Source: a phage. Taken from it: DNA of 64,000 nt. This document shows, in pieces, positions 9,934-18,519 of this stretch; positions within the stretch are counted from its first letter, which is position 1, and each line of letters starts with the position of its first letter. The notes beneath the pieces were generated by a model. That model was given only the letters and a program-made list of their open reading frames with translations, was not told the DNA's origin and did no database searches. Location: sequence record OZ413487.1. One strand, written 5' to 3'. The position numbers and the translations under genes were made by a program.

Positions 9934-10512
9934 ATGAAATGCAAACGTTGTGGAGAGGACAAGGAGGCCTCCGACTTCTACACCAGTAACAAATCAACGT
10001 GCAAAGAGTGTTGCAAGAAGGCCAGCAGGGAGGCTGACCAATTTGCTAAAGACTCTTCAGAAAAAGGTGTAATACGTGTGTTGTACAAGGCTCAAAAGTG
10101 CAACAGCAAGCAAAGAGGTCACCCTCCTCCGACTTACACCAAAAAAGAGTTTAAGGAGTGGCTATACCTTAACGGTTACAAAGAGTTGTATGATCAGTGG
10201 GTAGCCAGCGGATACGACAAAAGGAAAAAGCCTTCTTGTGACAGGATAGATGATTTCAAAGGGTACTCTTTTGATAATATCCGTTTAACGACTTGGGGAG
10301 AAAATAAAGACAAGCAGACAGAGGATATTCTGTTACATAGAAGCACCAGCGGTAGACGGTGCAAAAATGTAAGGAGGTTGGACATGAATGGTAACGTTCT
10401 TAAAGAATGGGTATCTCACAACTCTTGTAGCAGAGAAACCGGAATATATATTGGTTACTACATTCATGAAAAAATTCCAGCTCCAGATGGATACTTATAC
10501 GAATACTTTTAA
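9934..10512 (+). CDS. putative HNH-family homing endonuclease
   Basis: N-terminal Cys cluster CKRCGEDK...CKECCKK; SCDRIDDFKGYSFDNIRLTTWGEN resembles degenerate HNH_3 motif. Confidence 0.45.
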   Translation: MKCKRCGEDKEASDFYTSNKSTCKECCKKASREADQFAKDSSEKGVIRVLYKAQKCNSKQRGHPPPTYTKKEFKEWLYLNGYKELYDQWVASGYDKRKKPSCDRIDDFKGYSFDNIRLTTWGENKDKQTEDILLHRSTSGRRCKNVRRLDMNGNVLKEWVSHNSCSRETGIYIGYYIHEKIPAPDGYLYEYF

Positions 10513-10527
10513 CACATAACTAACATA

Positions 10528-10555
10528 GCCCTGCCCGAAAGGGTGGGGCATTTTT
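10528..10555 (+). terminator. intrinsic terminator
   Basis: GCCCTGCCC-GAAA-GGGTGGGGC hairpin followed by TTTTT. Confidence 0.6.
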
Positions 10556-10574
10556 GTATAAGGAGATCTGAAAA

Positions 10575-10991
10575 ATGACATTAGAAGATATCATTGTTAA
10601 ACCTGAGAACTATGACCAATACAACCTGTCAACTCAATCTGTAGACCTTGGATGCGCCACAGTTAGTGCGTGGCTGGTTAATGGAAAAGAGCTGGACAAG
10701 TGCTTAGAAGCTCACATGTCTGTTAACAAGTTTCTGGATGAAAATACTCACTGGCTTGAGGGTGCTGGAGTATATGCTTCATGGTTGGAGAGCATGGGCT
10801 TTGACTATCAATCTGATGAAGGGTGGTGGAGCTATCTGGCTATCTGTCCAGAAACACTGCAATGCTTCATGAAATACTCTGAAGATCTTGAGTACCGAGC
10901 GGTGGTTGATAGTGCTATTGCCCGTTATAGCCGTAAACCTTTTTCCCATGACATTAAAACTGTGGAAGAATTTGTTGAAGTTTTCTGTTGA
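10575..10991 (+). CDS. hypothetical protein
   Basis: ORF track; GGAGA RBS; stop TGA embedded in downstream TTGACA. Confidence 0.45.
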   Translation: MTLEDIIVKPENYDQYNLSTQSVDLGCATVSAWLVNGKELDKCLEAHMSVNKFLDENTHWLEGAGVYASWLESMGFDYQSDEGWWSYLAICPETLQCFMKYSEDLEYRAVVDSAIARYSRKPFSHDIKTVEEFVEVFC

Positions 10992-11087
10992 CACAGGTTG
11001 AAAGGTGTGCAATTATAACTTCATAAAACGGGAGGACGCGATGAACGAAGAAAACTGGGATGTATAACTAACAGGAGACCACTGCCC

Positions 11088-11285
11088 ATGATTTATCGAA
11101 TCCGTGTAAGAGAAGATGCACCAGGCTGTTACTTTGACTGGCGTGGGTGGTGGTTTCTCCACCCGATGGATGGACTCACAGATAGAATGCTGGATGCTGC
11201 CCTTTATACAGATACCGACATAGAATATAATCTTTATCTGAAGGACGGTATAGATAACGGCCTATTTGAAGCAATTCCTGTGTAA
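11088..11285 (+). CDS. hypothetical protein
   Basis: ORF track; AGGAGA RBS. Confidence 0.4.
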   Translation: MIYRIRVREDAPGCYFDWRGWWFLHPMDGLTDRMLDAALYTDTDIEYNLYLKDGIDNGLFEAIPV

Positions 11286-11353
11286 GAGACTGCGATAGCC
11301 ATGTTTTATGATCTTCCTGTAGCACCACCACCTATTGAACCCGGAGAACCAAG

Positions 11354-11773
11354 ATGATCTATGAAATGCCAAAATTGATCCGTGACGATGCCCAAAACCA
11401 CACCATTATTATGGGTAAACGCATGAATATCCTTTGCCGTAACGATTTCTGTGGTGGAGAATACGTTGCAGACTACTTCGGTGAGAATGGTAAACACCCT
11501 GTTCAGTTCTTCCTTGACCATGAGGATAACATTATCTGGGAGTTTGAAACTGAAGATATCCGCAACCTCTTCATCTTCCTCGGTGTCAAGGTTAAGGCCA
11601 ATTTCGCAGAAGGTGAGTGCGACGATTGTGGATTTTATGAGGTGACAGACTTTTATCTCCCGAGTGGCAAGAACCTTTACTATGAGAGTCACTTCGGAAA
11701 CACCAACATGCCTCAAAGCTGGGAAGAATTTTTCAGTATCGTAGAAGAGGAGCTGGCATACCGTGATTATTGA
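11354..11773 (+). CDS. hypothetical protein
   Basis: ORF track; GGAGAA RBS. Confidence 0.45.
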   Translation: MIYEMPKLIRDDAQNHTIIMGKRMNILCRNDFCGGEYVADYFGENGKHPVQFFLDHEDNIIWEFETEDIRNLFIFLGVKVKANFAEGECDDCGFYEVTDFYLPSGKNLYYESHFGNTNMPQSWEEFFSIVEEELAYRDY

Positions 11774-12221
11774 TACTGTAAAGGGAGATTTAATCTCCCT
11801 TTTTAAGAGCGGTGCTGGTCACCTGATCCACGGTTGTAACTGCTTCCACACAATGGGTAAAGGTATAGCAAAACAGATTGCCCGTGAGTTCCCTCAAGCA
11901 TTGGCAGCCGACAAAGAGACGAGACACGGTTGCCTAAGTAAACTGGGTGCGTTCTCCCGATGGGAGCACTTATCTCCGATAGGTATTGTCTACGGAATCA
12001 ATCTGTATACTCAGTTCTACCCAGGGCCTAATGCTGAATATTTCTCAATCCTGAAAGGCTTTGAGCTAGTCAATGAGGTATTCAAGGGATCGACTTTACC
12101 ATTCTACATCCCTAAGATCGGGTGCGGCATAGGCGGTTTGAAGTGGGAGCACGTAGAGGACGTTATTAACCTCGCCACTTTTGATATAGATATTATCGTG
12201 GTGGAGTACAAAGAGTGTTGA
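11763..12221 (+). CDS. macro domain protein (putative ADP-ribose binding / hydrolase)
   Basis: GDLISLF...[22 protein letters not shown] aligns with macro GDIT...[31 protein letters not shown] aligns with ISTGVYGY. Confidence 0.6.
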   Translation: [152 protein letters not shown]

Positions 12222-12246
12222 CAGCTGGCTTTTGAGATGGTATAGT
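12218..12246 (+). promoter_or_regulatory. sigma70-like promoter (TTGACA-17-TATAGT)
   Basis: -35 overlaps stop codon of the macro gene. Confidence 0.55.
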
Positions 12247-12274
12247 CACCACAACGATTGAGAGAGGGAGCACT

Positions 12275-12475
12275 ATGGAGACTAAAATCTTAATTCTGGC
12301 TGTGATAGATACGACCGAAGGGGCCGTGTTCGAATCTGCAGGAGGGTATTTCTACCTGCCCTACGGAAAAAGAACTTCCGAACCGAGTAAAGATTCAATC
12401 CTTAAAGTGTTCCCTTGTGCTTTCTGGCTGGAGATTCTGGTAGAAGATTGCAGAGGATTGGGGAGAGAATTATGA
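12275..12475 (+). CDS. hypothetical protein
   Basis: ORF track; GAGAGGGAG RBS. Confidence 0.35.
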   Translation: METKILILAVIDTTEGAVFESAGGYFYLPYGKRTSEPSKDSILKVFPCAFWLEILVEDCRGLGREL

Positions 12476-12666
12476 GAAACAAGAAAGAGCTTTACTCTGG
12501 CGAGTGGATCAACGATCAACAGGTCGGAGAGGTAACCTGCTTCCGATGTTTTACCAGGTACAATCTTAAAACTGCACCAAAAAGTGTTCCAAAGACTGAT
12601 GGTTATTATATAAAAGAACCTCATTGCCCAAAATGTAAATGCCGATTGTACTGGAGCAATCTGTAA
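12472..12666 (+). CDS. hypothetical zinc-ribbon protein
   Basis: ORF track 12415..12666; ATG 12472 overlaps upstream stop; CFRC...CPKCKC motifs. Confidence 0.4.
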   Translation: MRNKKELYSGEWINDQQVGEVTCFRCFTRYNLKTAPKSVPKTDGYYIKEPHCPKCKCRLYWSNL

Positions 12667-12670
12667 GAGG

Positions 12671-12698
12671 TTGACATCTGAAAACTGCAGTGTATAAT
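12671..12698 (+). promoter_or_regulatory. sigma70-like promoter (TTGACA-16-TGnTATAAT)
   Basis: Consensus hexamers plus extended -10 TG. Confidence 0.65.
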
Positions 12699-12729
12699 AT
12701 ACGCATAAACTAACAGAGAGCGATGTATT

Positions 12730-12921
12730 ATGGTAATTTTTAACCGGGATGGTATCATAGTTAGACAGCACCCGTTCCTTGAATACTATCAAATTGAGCA
12801 ATGGTGCTACGGGGATTGCAGTCACTCCTATGGGCAAAGTTGGGGATACCGTACAGTTTTTGAATCCACAGACCTTGACAAAGTAAGACAGAAAGTTTTA
12901 GAACTTATTAACAACAAGTGA
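12730..12921 (+). CDS. hypothetical protein
   Basis: ORF track. Confidence 0.35.
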   Translation: MVIFNRDGIIVRQHPFLEYYQIEQWCYGDCSHSYGQSWGYRTVFESTDLDKVRQKVLELINNK

Positions 12922-12928
12922 GTATGAT

Positions 12929-13261
12929 ATGGTAACATTAGAAAGACGTAAAGCTATTGCCGCCACACTGGCAGACATCTTTTGGGATTGTAATTTAAAA
13001 TCTACCCGAAATTGTGGCGCATCTGTAGATGTATTATTCCCACGGCCTACTATTGTTGCAATGGGCAACCTTCTTGATGTGGTATATGGAGCATGGGACA
13101 AGGAAGGTGGATTCTATATCTGGCAACCTGACTACGGGACTTGGAAAGAGGTTAGTGGTTCTACGGACTTCACTCCTGCAGTGGCTAAAATGGATGGCTG
13201 GAAAATCTATGTCGGTAACGACATGGAACTGAAAGGCGAAATTGTTTACTGGTTACCTTAA
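12929..13261 (+). CDS. hypothetical protein
   Basis: ORF track. Confidence 0.45.
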   Translation: MVTLERRKAIAATLADIFWDCNLKSTRNCGASVDVLFPRPTIVAMGNLLDVVYGAWDKEGGFYIWQPDYGTWKEVSGSTDFTPAVAKMDGWKIYVGNDMELKGEIVYWLP

Positions 13262-13282
13262 GAGAATGCAGGAGATAAAGTT

Positions 13283-13528
13283 ATGAACAAAGGGTGGACA
13301 TTTGTAGACGGCGTTAAAAACATGCCTCTAGGAAAGTATATTGTAGCCATGGCTGATGAGGATGGCAATGTGGATTTCGGAGCTTGCGAGGTTGTTCTTG
13401 CAGGATCTGGTAACTATGTGGACAAAACCGGGATAATTAACGGTCAGTTCTACTTTGATCACAACCCTGTTGTAGCGTATATGGCTATGCCAGAGTTTAA
13501 GTTCCCAAAGGATGGTGCTGATGTTTAA
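13283..13528 (+). CDS. hypothetical protein
   Basis: ORF track; GGAGA RBS. Confidence 0.45.
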   Translation: MNKGWTFVDGVKNMPLGKYIVAMADEDGNVDFGACEVVLAGSGNYVDKTGIINGQFYFDHNPVVAYMAMPEFKFPKDGADV

Positions 13529-13718
13529 GCTTAAATCCGCATGGAGCATTGCTGTGGGTGATGAGATCCGTATCCCCGGTGGGAAGACCATTATGAAGAT
13601 ATCTCGTATTGAGTACGAAGGTGACCGTGTATTCCACATCTTCGCAGAAGATGGTCGAGAAATTTATATACAGGCAGGTTCTCACATTTATATCCGTAAG
13701 AAAGGGGACGACAAATGA
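13512..13718 (+). CDS. hypothetical protein
   Basis: ORF track; overlaps neighbours in operon fashion. Confidence 0.4.
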   Translation: MVLMFKLKSAWSIAVGDEIRIPGGKTIMKISRIEYEGDRVFHIFAEDGREIYIQAGSHIYIRKKGDDK

Positions 13719-14044
13719 CAGAAATCATCATTTCAACTGCAGGGTATGTGTTCCTGACAATCATTGCACTGACTATTTTGGTGACAGTGTATGGGTTTGT
13801 TATCCTTCCTATCCTTGAGACATTTAGTTTGTGTCGGTGTTGGAGAAAAGCTTACGGTCCACAACCATGGAAGGACTGGCCCCACCTGGTGCGCTTAGCG
13901 TTCTCTTATGCTTACGATCACTCCAGTAGTGCATGCATAACCGGATACCACGCCCACAACTGGAGCTGGGAAGGGTTGAGGAAATGGAATGTTACAAAGA
14001 CCATACCTCTGCGCATGTACAAACCTAAAAACAAAGACAACTGA
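13715..14044 (+). CDS. hypothetical membrane protein
   Basis: N-terminal hydrophobic segment YVFLTIIALTILVTVYGFVILPIL. Confidence 0.4.
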   Translation: MTEIIISTAGYVFLTIIALTILVTVYGFVILPILETFSLCRCWRKAYGPQPWKDWPHLVRLAFSYAYDHSSSACITGYHAHNWSWEGLRKWNVTKTIPLRMYKPKNKDN

Positions 14045-14640
14045 TACTTGAAAATTCTTGGCATATCAAGTATAAGGGGGATTTCTAAAATGGATTTCCT
14101 CCTTTTGATATTTCACCGGGCCGGATATTTTAAAATTCTTAGAAAATCAGAAAATGGATCGAAAACTAAAATGGATTTTTCAGAGTAGGCGCGACAAGCT
14201 GAATAACTCATCCTATCGTTTGCACCATATTCCAGGCCACCATTATAGATTTCCCACACATGCTAACCTCCCTCTACTAGAACTTCCTCCACTTACCCTT
14301 GACCTTCTATGGTAACAATCTAACCGCTATCTTGAAGTTGCTGTGCAGCTTTCCAGGTACTCGATCTACTTTTCATTTCAGGGCTTGGATTTTCTGAAAA
14401 TTTTTCTCGATAAATTTCTCAGTACTCGATCTGTTTTTCGTTTTCTGAATCGGATTTTCTGGAAATCGTTCCGGCTCTCGACCTGAAATTTTTGGGGACG
14501 AAATCGATTTTTCGTTTTCAGAAATGGATTTTTAAAATTTCTATATGGGAATATTTTATGGGATACTGTTTTATAGGAAATTGTTACGGAGGGTAATTAG
14601 CGTGCTAATTAAATTTATTAAATGCGAGGAGTTCTCATTT
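14045..14640. repeat. AT-rich iteron array (AAATGGATTT, GGATTTTCTG, TACTCGATCT units; 64-bp tandem at 14351-14478)
   Basis: Direct read: repeated decamers and two ~64-bp tandem units; no credible ORF. Confidence 0.6.
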
Positions 14641-14680
14641 AGAATTTTGAATGATAATCATTCTCGTTTGCAGAATAACG

Positions 14681-14703
14681 GGCAGGCCCGGTGATTGTCT
14701 CCC
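14681..14703 (+). repeat. conserved 23-nt motif GGCAGGCCCGGTGATTGTCTCCC, copy 1
   Basis: Near-identical copy in inverted orientation at 22121-22143; related copy at 14822-14837. Confidence 0.6.
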
Positions 14704-14821
14704 GGCCCCTACTGCCCCGGCTTGTTATTATAGTATCACACAGGACAAAGAAAGCAAGGATTTTTTGCATAAATTTTTAAATGATAATGATAACCGTTCT
14801 CATTTTATGCAGCGCCCATCC

Positions 14822-14837
14822 CCGGTGGTTGTCTCCC
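14822..14837 (+). repeat. conserved motif CCGGTGGTTGTCTCCC, copy 2
   Basis: Second copy of a ~65-nt unit (begins TTAAATGATAAT... like copy 1). Confidence 0.5.
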
Positions 14838-14880
14838 CCGTCACCGGTGCCTGCCGTCCTTTCGATAGGTATATCGTGCC

Positions 14881-15195
14881 ACCTGGCGGGGCCGCTGTCA
14901 ACACTTTTCAAAAAATTTTTCTAACCTGATGCGCTAACCGCTGCAACCTGGCGGGGTCAGCCTGGCAGGACCTAACTGACCGGGTAGGAGAGAATGAAGG
15001 CTTGTAAACCTGGTGGGCCTATGCTACAGGATAGGTAACAATTGAAGAGGAGGTACAAAAATGAAAGGTAATATGATCCCCCTAGAAAATGTAGCTATTA
15101 ATGACGCTGAGGCTATCGCCCTGGTTGAAAAGGCTATGGCGGGAGCGTTGGAACATAAAGAAGAGTACGAAAAATGGTGGTTAACCTGGCGGGGG
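14881..15195 (+). repeat. four copies of ACCTGGCGGGG-like motif
   Basis: Copies at 14881, 14946, 15007 (ACCTGGTGGG) and 15184; first three spaced ~62-65 bp. Confidence 0.5.
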
Positions 15196-15228
15196 CGGCA
15201 GGTGGATTCTATCATAAAAATAATTTAA
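15061..15228 (+). CDS. hypothetical small protein (55 aa)
   Basis: ATG with strong GAGGAGG RBS; below ORF-track length cut-off. Confidence 0.35.
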   Translation: MKGNMIPLENVAINDAEAIALVEKAMAGALEHKEEYEKWWLTWRGRQVDSIIKII

Positions 15229-15236
15229 AATAGTCG

Positions 15237-15265
15237 TTGACAACAAGGTTAATCATGGTATTATT
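15237..15265 (+). promoter_or_regulatory. sigma70-like promoter (TTGACA, extended -10 TGgTATTAT)
   Basis: Shares AAAATAGTCGTTGACA context with promoter at 6648. Confidence 0.5.
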
Positions 15266-15315
15266 ACCCTACAAGGTGAACAACACCGCACTAACCAGTA
15301 AAGAGGATAAATTTA

Positions 15316-15512
15316 TGAACGCATACGGGATCAAAGTACGTCGCAACACTCGCCAGGTGGTCACCAATCAAGTGATTTGCCGGGTGGATGTAACCATCAA
15401 CAACGGGCAAGGCCTTTATAAATTTCGTCGCGGTCATAGCTATACCCTGCAACAGCTTAATCGTTGCGCCCTGACAAAAGGTCAGATCAACCATTGGTTT
15501 AATAAAAAATAA
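15316..15512 (+). CDS. hypothetical basic protein
   Basis: ORF track 15237..15512; start moved to ATG after AGAGGA RBS. Confidence 0.4.
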
Positions 15513-15515
15513 GTA

Positions 15516-15544
15516 TTGACATACAGTCCGACACCAAATACACT
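15516..15544 (+). promoter_or_regulatory. sigma70-like promoter (TTGACA-17-TACACT)
   Basis: Precedes gene at 15577. Confidence 0.5.
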
Positions 15545-15576
15545 AAAAGCACAAAAGACACTAAGAGGATAAAATC

Positions 15577-15975
15577 ATGAAAACCACTACCTTTAATTTT
15601 GATAATGCAGACTTTTCTTTTTCTGATGTCAAGAACTGCCGCCGTGATCGTGGATTTTACAAGGCTTATAATCTGGTGGGCCTGGACGATGACAATAATT
15701 TGCACGAAGTAGCTGAGATCCGGTATTATGCCGCCGCCAGCGGTAACACTAACTACTGCGTTTTTTGGATACACGACAACAAGAACAATAAGTACGGTTA
15801 TACTGGTGGCAAGGCTAGCGGTCACGGTTATGATAAAGCCAACGCTGCACTTGAAAGCGCATTAAATGCCATGGGAATCACTGCCGACGGCTGGATCTAT
15901 GAAGAAGAGTTTTTGGCGGCACTTGCTGCCCACCTGGGCTATAAAAAGCACATTGTAACATGCGCCCACGAATAA
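15577..15975 (+). CDS. hypothetical protein
   Basis: ORF track; AGAGGA RBS. Confidence 0.5.
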   Translation: MKTTTFNFDNADFSFSDVKNCRRDRGFYKAYNLVGLDDDNNLHEVAEIRYYAAASGNTNYCVFWIHDNKNNKYGYTGGKASGHGYDKANAALESALNAMGITADGWIYEEEFLAALAAHLGYKKHIVTCAHE

Positions 15976-15986
15976 AAAAAAAATTA

Positions 15987-16014
15987 TTGACACGCTGCAA
16001 AATTCAAGTAAACT
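15987..16014 (+). promoter_or_regulatory. sigma70-like promoter (TTGACA-16-TAAACT)
   Basis: Precedes gene at 16063. Confidence 0.5.
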
Positions 16015-16062
16015 AGGCACAAAAGGCGGGAATGTTTCCCGCCAACACGAAGGAAAAAGATC

Positions 16063-16458
16063 ATGAATAAAAACGTACGCCGCATCATGAACGAACTGGC
16101 AAACGATGAAAAAATTATTGATATGCATTTGGTCAACATTTGCCGCCGTTGTGTAACATATAACAACCGCGCCGCAAAAGCGCGTGAGATGAACGCAAAA
16201 GGCACCTTAAAGCCCTTTCAGGTGGTTGTAAAATCTATGACCAGTGCAGCAGGCCAGGCGCATGACCACAACAACGGGAGCACTAATATTGATCCATCTT
16301 ACGTAATGAAACGGATCCGGACTTGCAAGAATAAAGAGCAGGTGTATAACGTCATAGATTGGCTGGACTCCCTGGGTGACGTGGTTTACAATAGGTTTTC
16401 TGCAGCTATTGAAATTCAGTTAGACAGGTTGGACGGGAAAGTACTGAAAACTTACTGA
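16063..16458 (+). CDS. hypothetical protein
   Basis: ORF track; AAGGAAAAAGA RBS region. Confidence 0.5.
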   Translation: MNKNVRRIMNELANDEKIIDMHLVNICRRCVTYNNRAAKAREMNAKGTLKPFQVVVKSMTSAAGQAHDHNNGSTNIDPSYVMKRIRTCKNKEQVYNVIDWLDSLGDVVYNRFSAAIEIQLDRLDGKVLKTY

Positions 16459-16460
16459 GT

Positions 16461-16506
16461 TTATTTTTAGATGGCCTTGACTCCAGGGCCATCAATAAAG
16501 TAAACT
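16461..16506 (+). promoter_or_regulatory. repeated hairpin/promoter element, copy 1
   Basis: GATGGCC-TTGACTCCAG-GGCCATC inverted repeat enclosing TTGACT, then TAAACT 18 nt downstream; sits directly after a stop codon. Confidence 0.55.
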
Positions 16507-16538
16507 AATCCCAGTTAAGCGAAAAAGGAGGCTTGAAG

Positions 16539-16658
16539 ATGAGCACTACACGCCAGCACACAAAGGTAACTATTATCGTTTGCATCATTGGTTATATCCT
16601 GGCGCAAATGTTGATGGGTAGCGCTAACGGTGTCGCAAAATTTTTCTTAAACTTTTAA
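16539..16658 (+). CDS. hypothetical small hydrophobic peptide (39 aa)
   Basis: ATG after AAAAAGGAGG RBS; hydrophobic core IIVCIIGYILAQMLMG. Confidence 0.3.
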   Translation: MSTTRQHTKVTIIVCIIGYILAQMLMGSANGVAKFFLNF

Positions 16659-16659
16659 T

Positions 16660-16687
16660 TGACAAGCTAACTTAGATCAGTATACTA
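16660..16687 (+). promoter_or_regulatory. sigma70-like promoter (TTGACA-16-TATACT)
   Basis: Precedes gene at 16736. Confidence 0.55.
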
Positions 16688-16735
16688 AACACATAAACGG
16701 GAAAACTTCCCAGAACACCAAAAGGAGAAAACATT

Positions 16736-17086
16736 ATGAATACTTCCATCACTATGACCGCCGAAGAAAAAGCCCTGCAGATCGCCGCTCTGAAAAAACA
16801 GATTGCAGAACTTGAAGACAAGATCGACAATTTTGAAATCGACGAAGACAAATACGACGATAAATATGATGAATGGTTGGACGAGATCTACGGCGAAATT
16901 ATGATCGGAAACATTTCTTTTCTTCCGTCGCGTATCCTCAAGGAGCTAGATCCTATCGCTTACCGCTGCGGATTTAGCGACTACATCGACAGCCTGGATA
17001 TTGAGGACGATGAAGAATACCAGGAATTGCAGACAGAGCTTGAAGAAGTGAAAGAAGAGCTTGCAGAACTGGAAGAAAACGAGTAA
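16736..17086 (+). CDS. hypothetical acidic coiled-coil protein
   Basis: ORF track; AAAGGAGA RBS; Glu/Asp-rich. Confidence 0.5.
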   Translation: MNTSITMTAEEKALQIAALKKQIAELEDKIDNFEIDEDKYDDKYDEWLDEIYGEIMIGNISFLPSRILKELDPIAYRCGFSDYIDSLDIEDDEEYQELQTELEEVKEELAELEENE

Positions 17087-17088
17087 GA

Positions 17089-17134
17089 TTATTTTTAGAT
17101 GGCCTTGACTCCAGGGCCATCAATAAAGTAAACT
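17089..17134 (+). promoter_or_regulatory. repeated hairpin/promoter element, copy 2
   Basis: Identical to copy 1 over ~45 nt. Confidence 0.55.
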
Positions 17135-17175
17135 TTATACTGTTAACACTGAACTAATGCATAGGAGTTAAAACC

Positions 17176-17421
17176 ATGGCAGCACTAATCACCAAATATT
17201 ATGCCCCTACCAACACCAAAAGCGCCCGTATCATGGTAAAAGGCTTCGGACGTAAAAAGGTTTACACTTGGGATTATTCCCTAGACATGGAAGACAACTA
17301 CACCAACGCGATGACCGATTTTATTAATGAACTAAATAAGCAGATCTTAACCAATTATAAGGTGACCGACATCGCCTATGTTGGGGAAGGTGGGATCTGT
17401 TTTGTCGGTATTGTCAAATAA
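17176..17421 (+). CDS. hypothetical protein
   Basis: ORF track; AGGAG RBS. Confidence 0.5.
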   Translation: MAALITKYYAPTNTKSARIMVKGFGRKKVYTWDYSLDMEDNYTNAMTDFINELNKQILTNYKVTDIAYVGEGGICFVGIVK

Positions 17422-17430
17422 GCTGTTTTT

Positions 17431-17470
17431 TCGGTGGTCCTGGTGGCAGGGCCATCTATAAAGATAGTTT
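17431..17470 (+). promoter_or_regulatory. repeated element, degenerate copy
   Basis: Shares CAGGGCCATC-nATAAAG 3' half with copies 1-3; 5' half diverged. Confidence 0.35.
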
Positions 17471-17496
17471 ATTAACACCATGAAAGGAGAAAGTAC

Positions 17497-17850
17497 ATGA
17501 TCAGCGGGGCTAGTTTTATTATTGGCGCTATTGCTACAGCTTTAATTGTAAACAAGATCCAGGATAAAAAGGAAAGAGGAAGTACCGCCCTTGCAGAATA
17601 TCCATTTTGGACATTCAACGATAACGAAGATTATATTATAAAGTATAAAAATAAAGAAGGTGACCAAGTAACACCGCGACCGATCCCGGCTTACAAGATG
17701 CAGGAAACACTATACCGCTTGGAGGCAGGGGGCGCAAAAATTGTGGACTTTTGGGGATACGATCACACAGATCAGGAAGTTATAAAGCGCCGTATCCGGG
17801 CTATTCAGGCCAATATTGAAGTTAGCAAGGGGGGAATATATGAAGATTAA
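17497..17850 (+). CDS. hypothetical protein with N-terminal hydrophobic segment
   Basis: ORF track; AAAGGAGA RBS. Confidence 0.5.
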   Translation: MISGASFIIGAIATALIVNKIQDKKERGSTALAEYPFWTFNDNEDYIIKYKNKEGDQVTPRPIPAYKMQETLYRLEAGGAKIVDFWGYDHTDQEVIKRRIRAIQANIEVSKGGIYED

Positions 17851-18037
17851 TTTTGAGAAAATTGTAAAGCGATCTCATGATTCCGAAGAGCTGCCGGAAC
17901 GCCGCCAGCGTAACAATAAACTGAATAAGCCAAAAAGATTTGGGAAGATCTGGCGGAATCATTATGATCGTAAATTGCCGGGCCTCCTTTTGGAACGTGA
18001 ACGGCAGGCGGAACGATACCGCCACAAAGGCAACTAA
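17840..18037 (+). CDS. hypothetical basic protein
   Basis: ORF track 17816..18037; start moved to ATG after AAGGGGGGA. Confidence 0.4.
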   Translation: MKINFEKIVKRSHDSEELPERRQRNNKLNKPKRFGKIWRNHYDRKLPGLLLERERQAERYRHKGN

Positions 18038-18045
18038 CAACCAAC

Positions 18046-18074
18046 GCCCCGCCATCGTGCGGGGCTTTTTATTT
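18046..18074 (+). terminator. intrinsic terminator
   Basis: GCCCCGC-CATCGT-GCGGGGC followed by TTTTTATTT. Confidence 0.7.
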
Positions 18075-18195
18075 CTACCCTACGAATAGCGCCCCTGGTT
18101 GGCCCCACAACGCCCTAAAAGCCCCCTACCCATGCAATCCCATTTCTTAACCTGAAAACATCGTCAAAGGCTGTTTTAAAGCGTTAAAAATATTG

Positions 18196-18223
18196 TTGAC
18201 ATCTAAAATATTCTAGATATACT
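18196..18223 (+). promoter_or_regulatory. sigma70-like promoter (TTGACA-16-TATACT)
   Basis: Precedes gene at 18259. Confidence 0.55.
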
Positions 18224-18258
18224 AATCACATCAAAGCGAGAAGTAAGGAGTAAACGCC

Positions 18259-18519
18259 ATGCGTAAATTAAAAAATTTTGATAAAGTTGATATTGTCCTG
18301 AATAATTTTTACTACTGCAATAACAAGGCCGTTTGGTGGCGTGATAGTTCCACCGATAAAGTCAAGGCGCGCTTTCTCCAGGGGCACTGGCAAGGCCGCC
18401 CAGTGATTAAAATCATGGGGCAATTGGTAGCGTTTAAAAATTGCCGCCGTGTTGATGACGTTGAAGAGATTTTAAACATTTTGCGCCACAATAATTTAAA
18501 AAATAGTGTTGACAAGTAA
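18259..18519 (+). CDS. hypothetical protein
   Basis: ORF track; AAGGAG RBS. Confidence 0.5.
   Translation: MRKLKNFDKVDIVLNNFYYCNNKAVWWRDSSTDKVKARFLQGHWQGRPVIKIMGQLVAFKNCRRVDDVEEILNILRHNNLKNSVDK

Noticed and set aside
12300-12340. tRNA-like T-loop sequence GTGTTCGAATCTGCAGG
   Set aside because: Flanking sequence cannot form a T-stem or acceptor stem; lies inside a coding frame. No tRNA called.
14651-14929. 92-aa ORF spanning the 65-nt repeat units
   Set aside because: Frame runs through two copies of a DNA repeat and GC-rich motifs, with no RBS; more likely noncoding.
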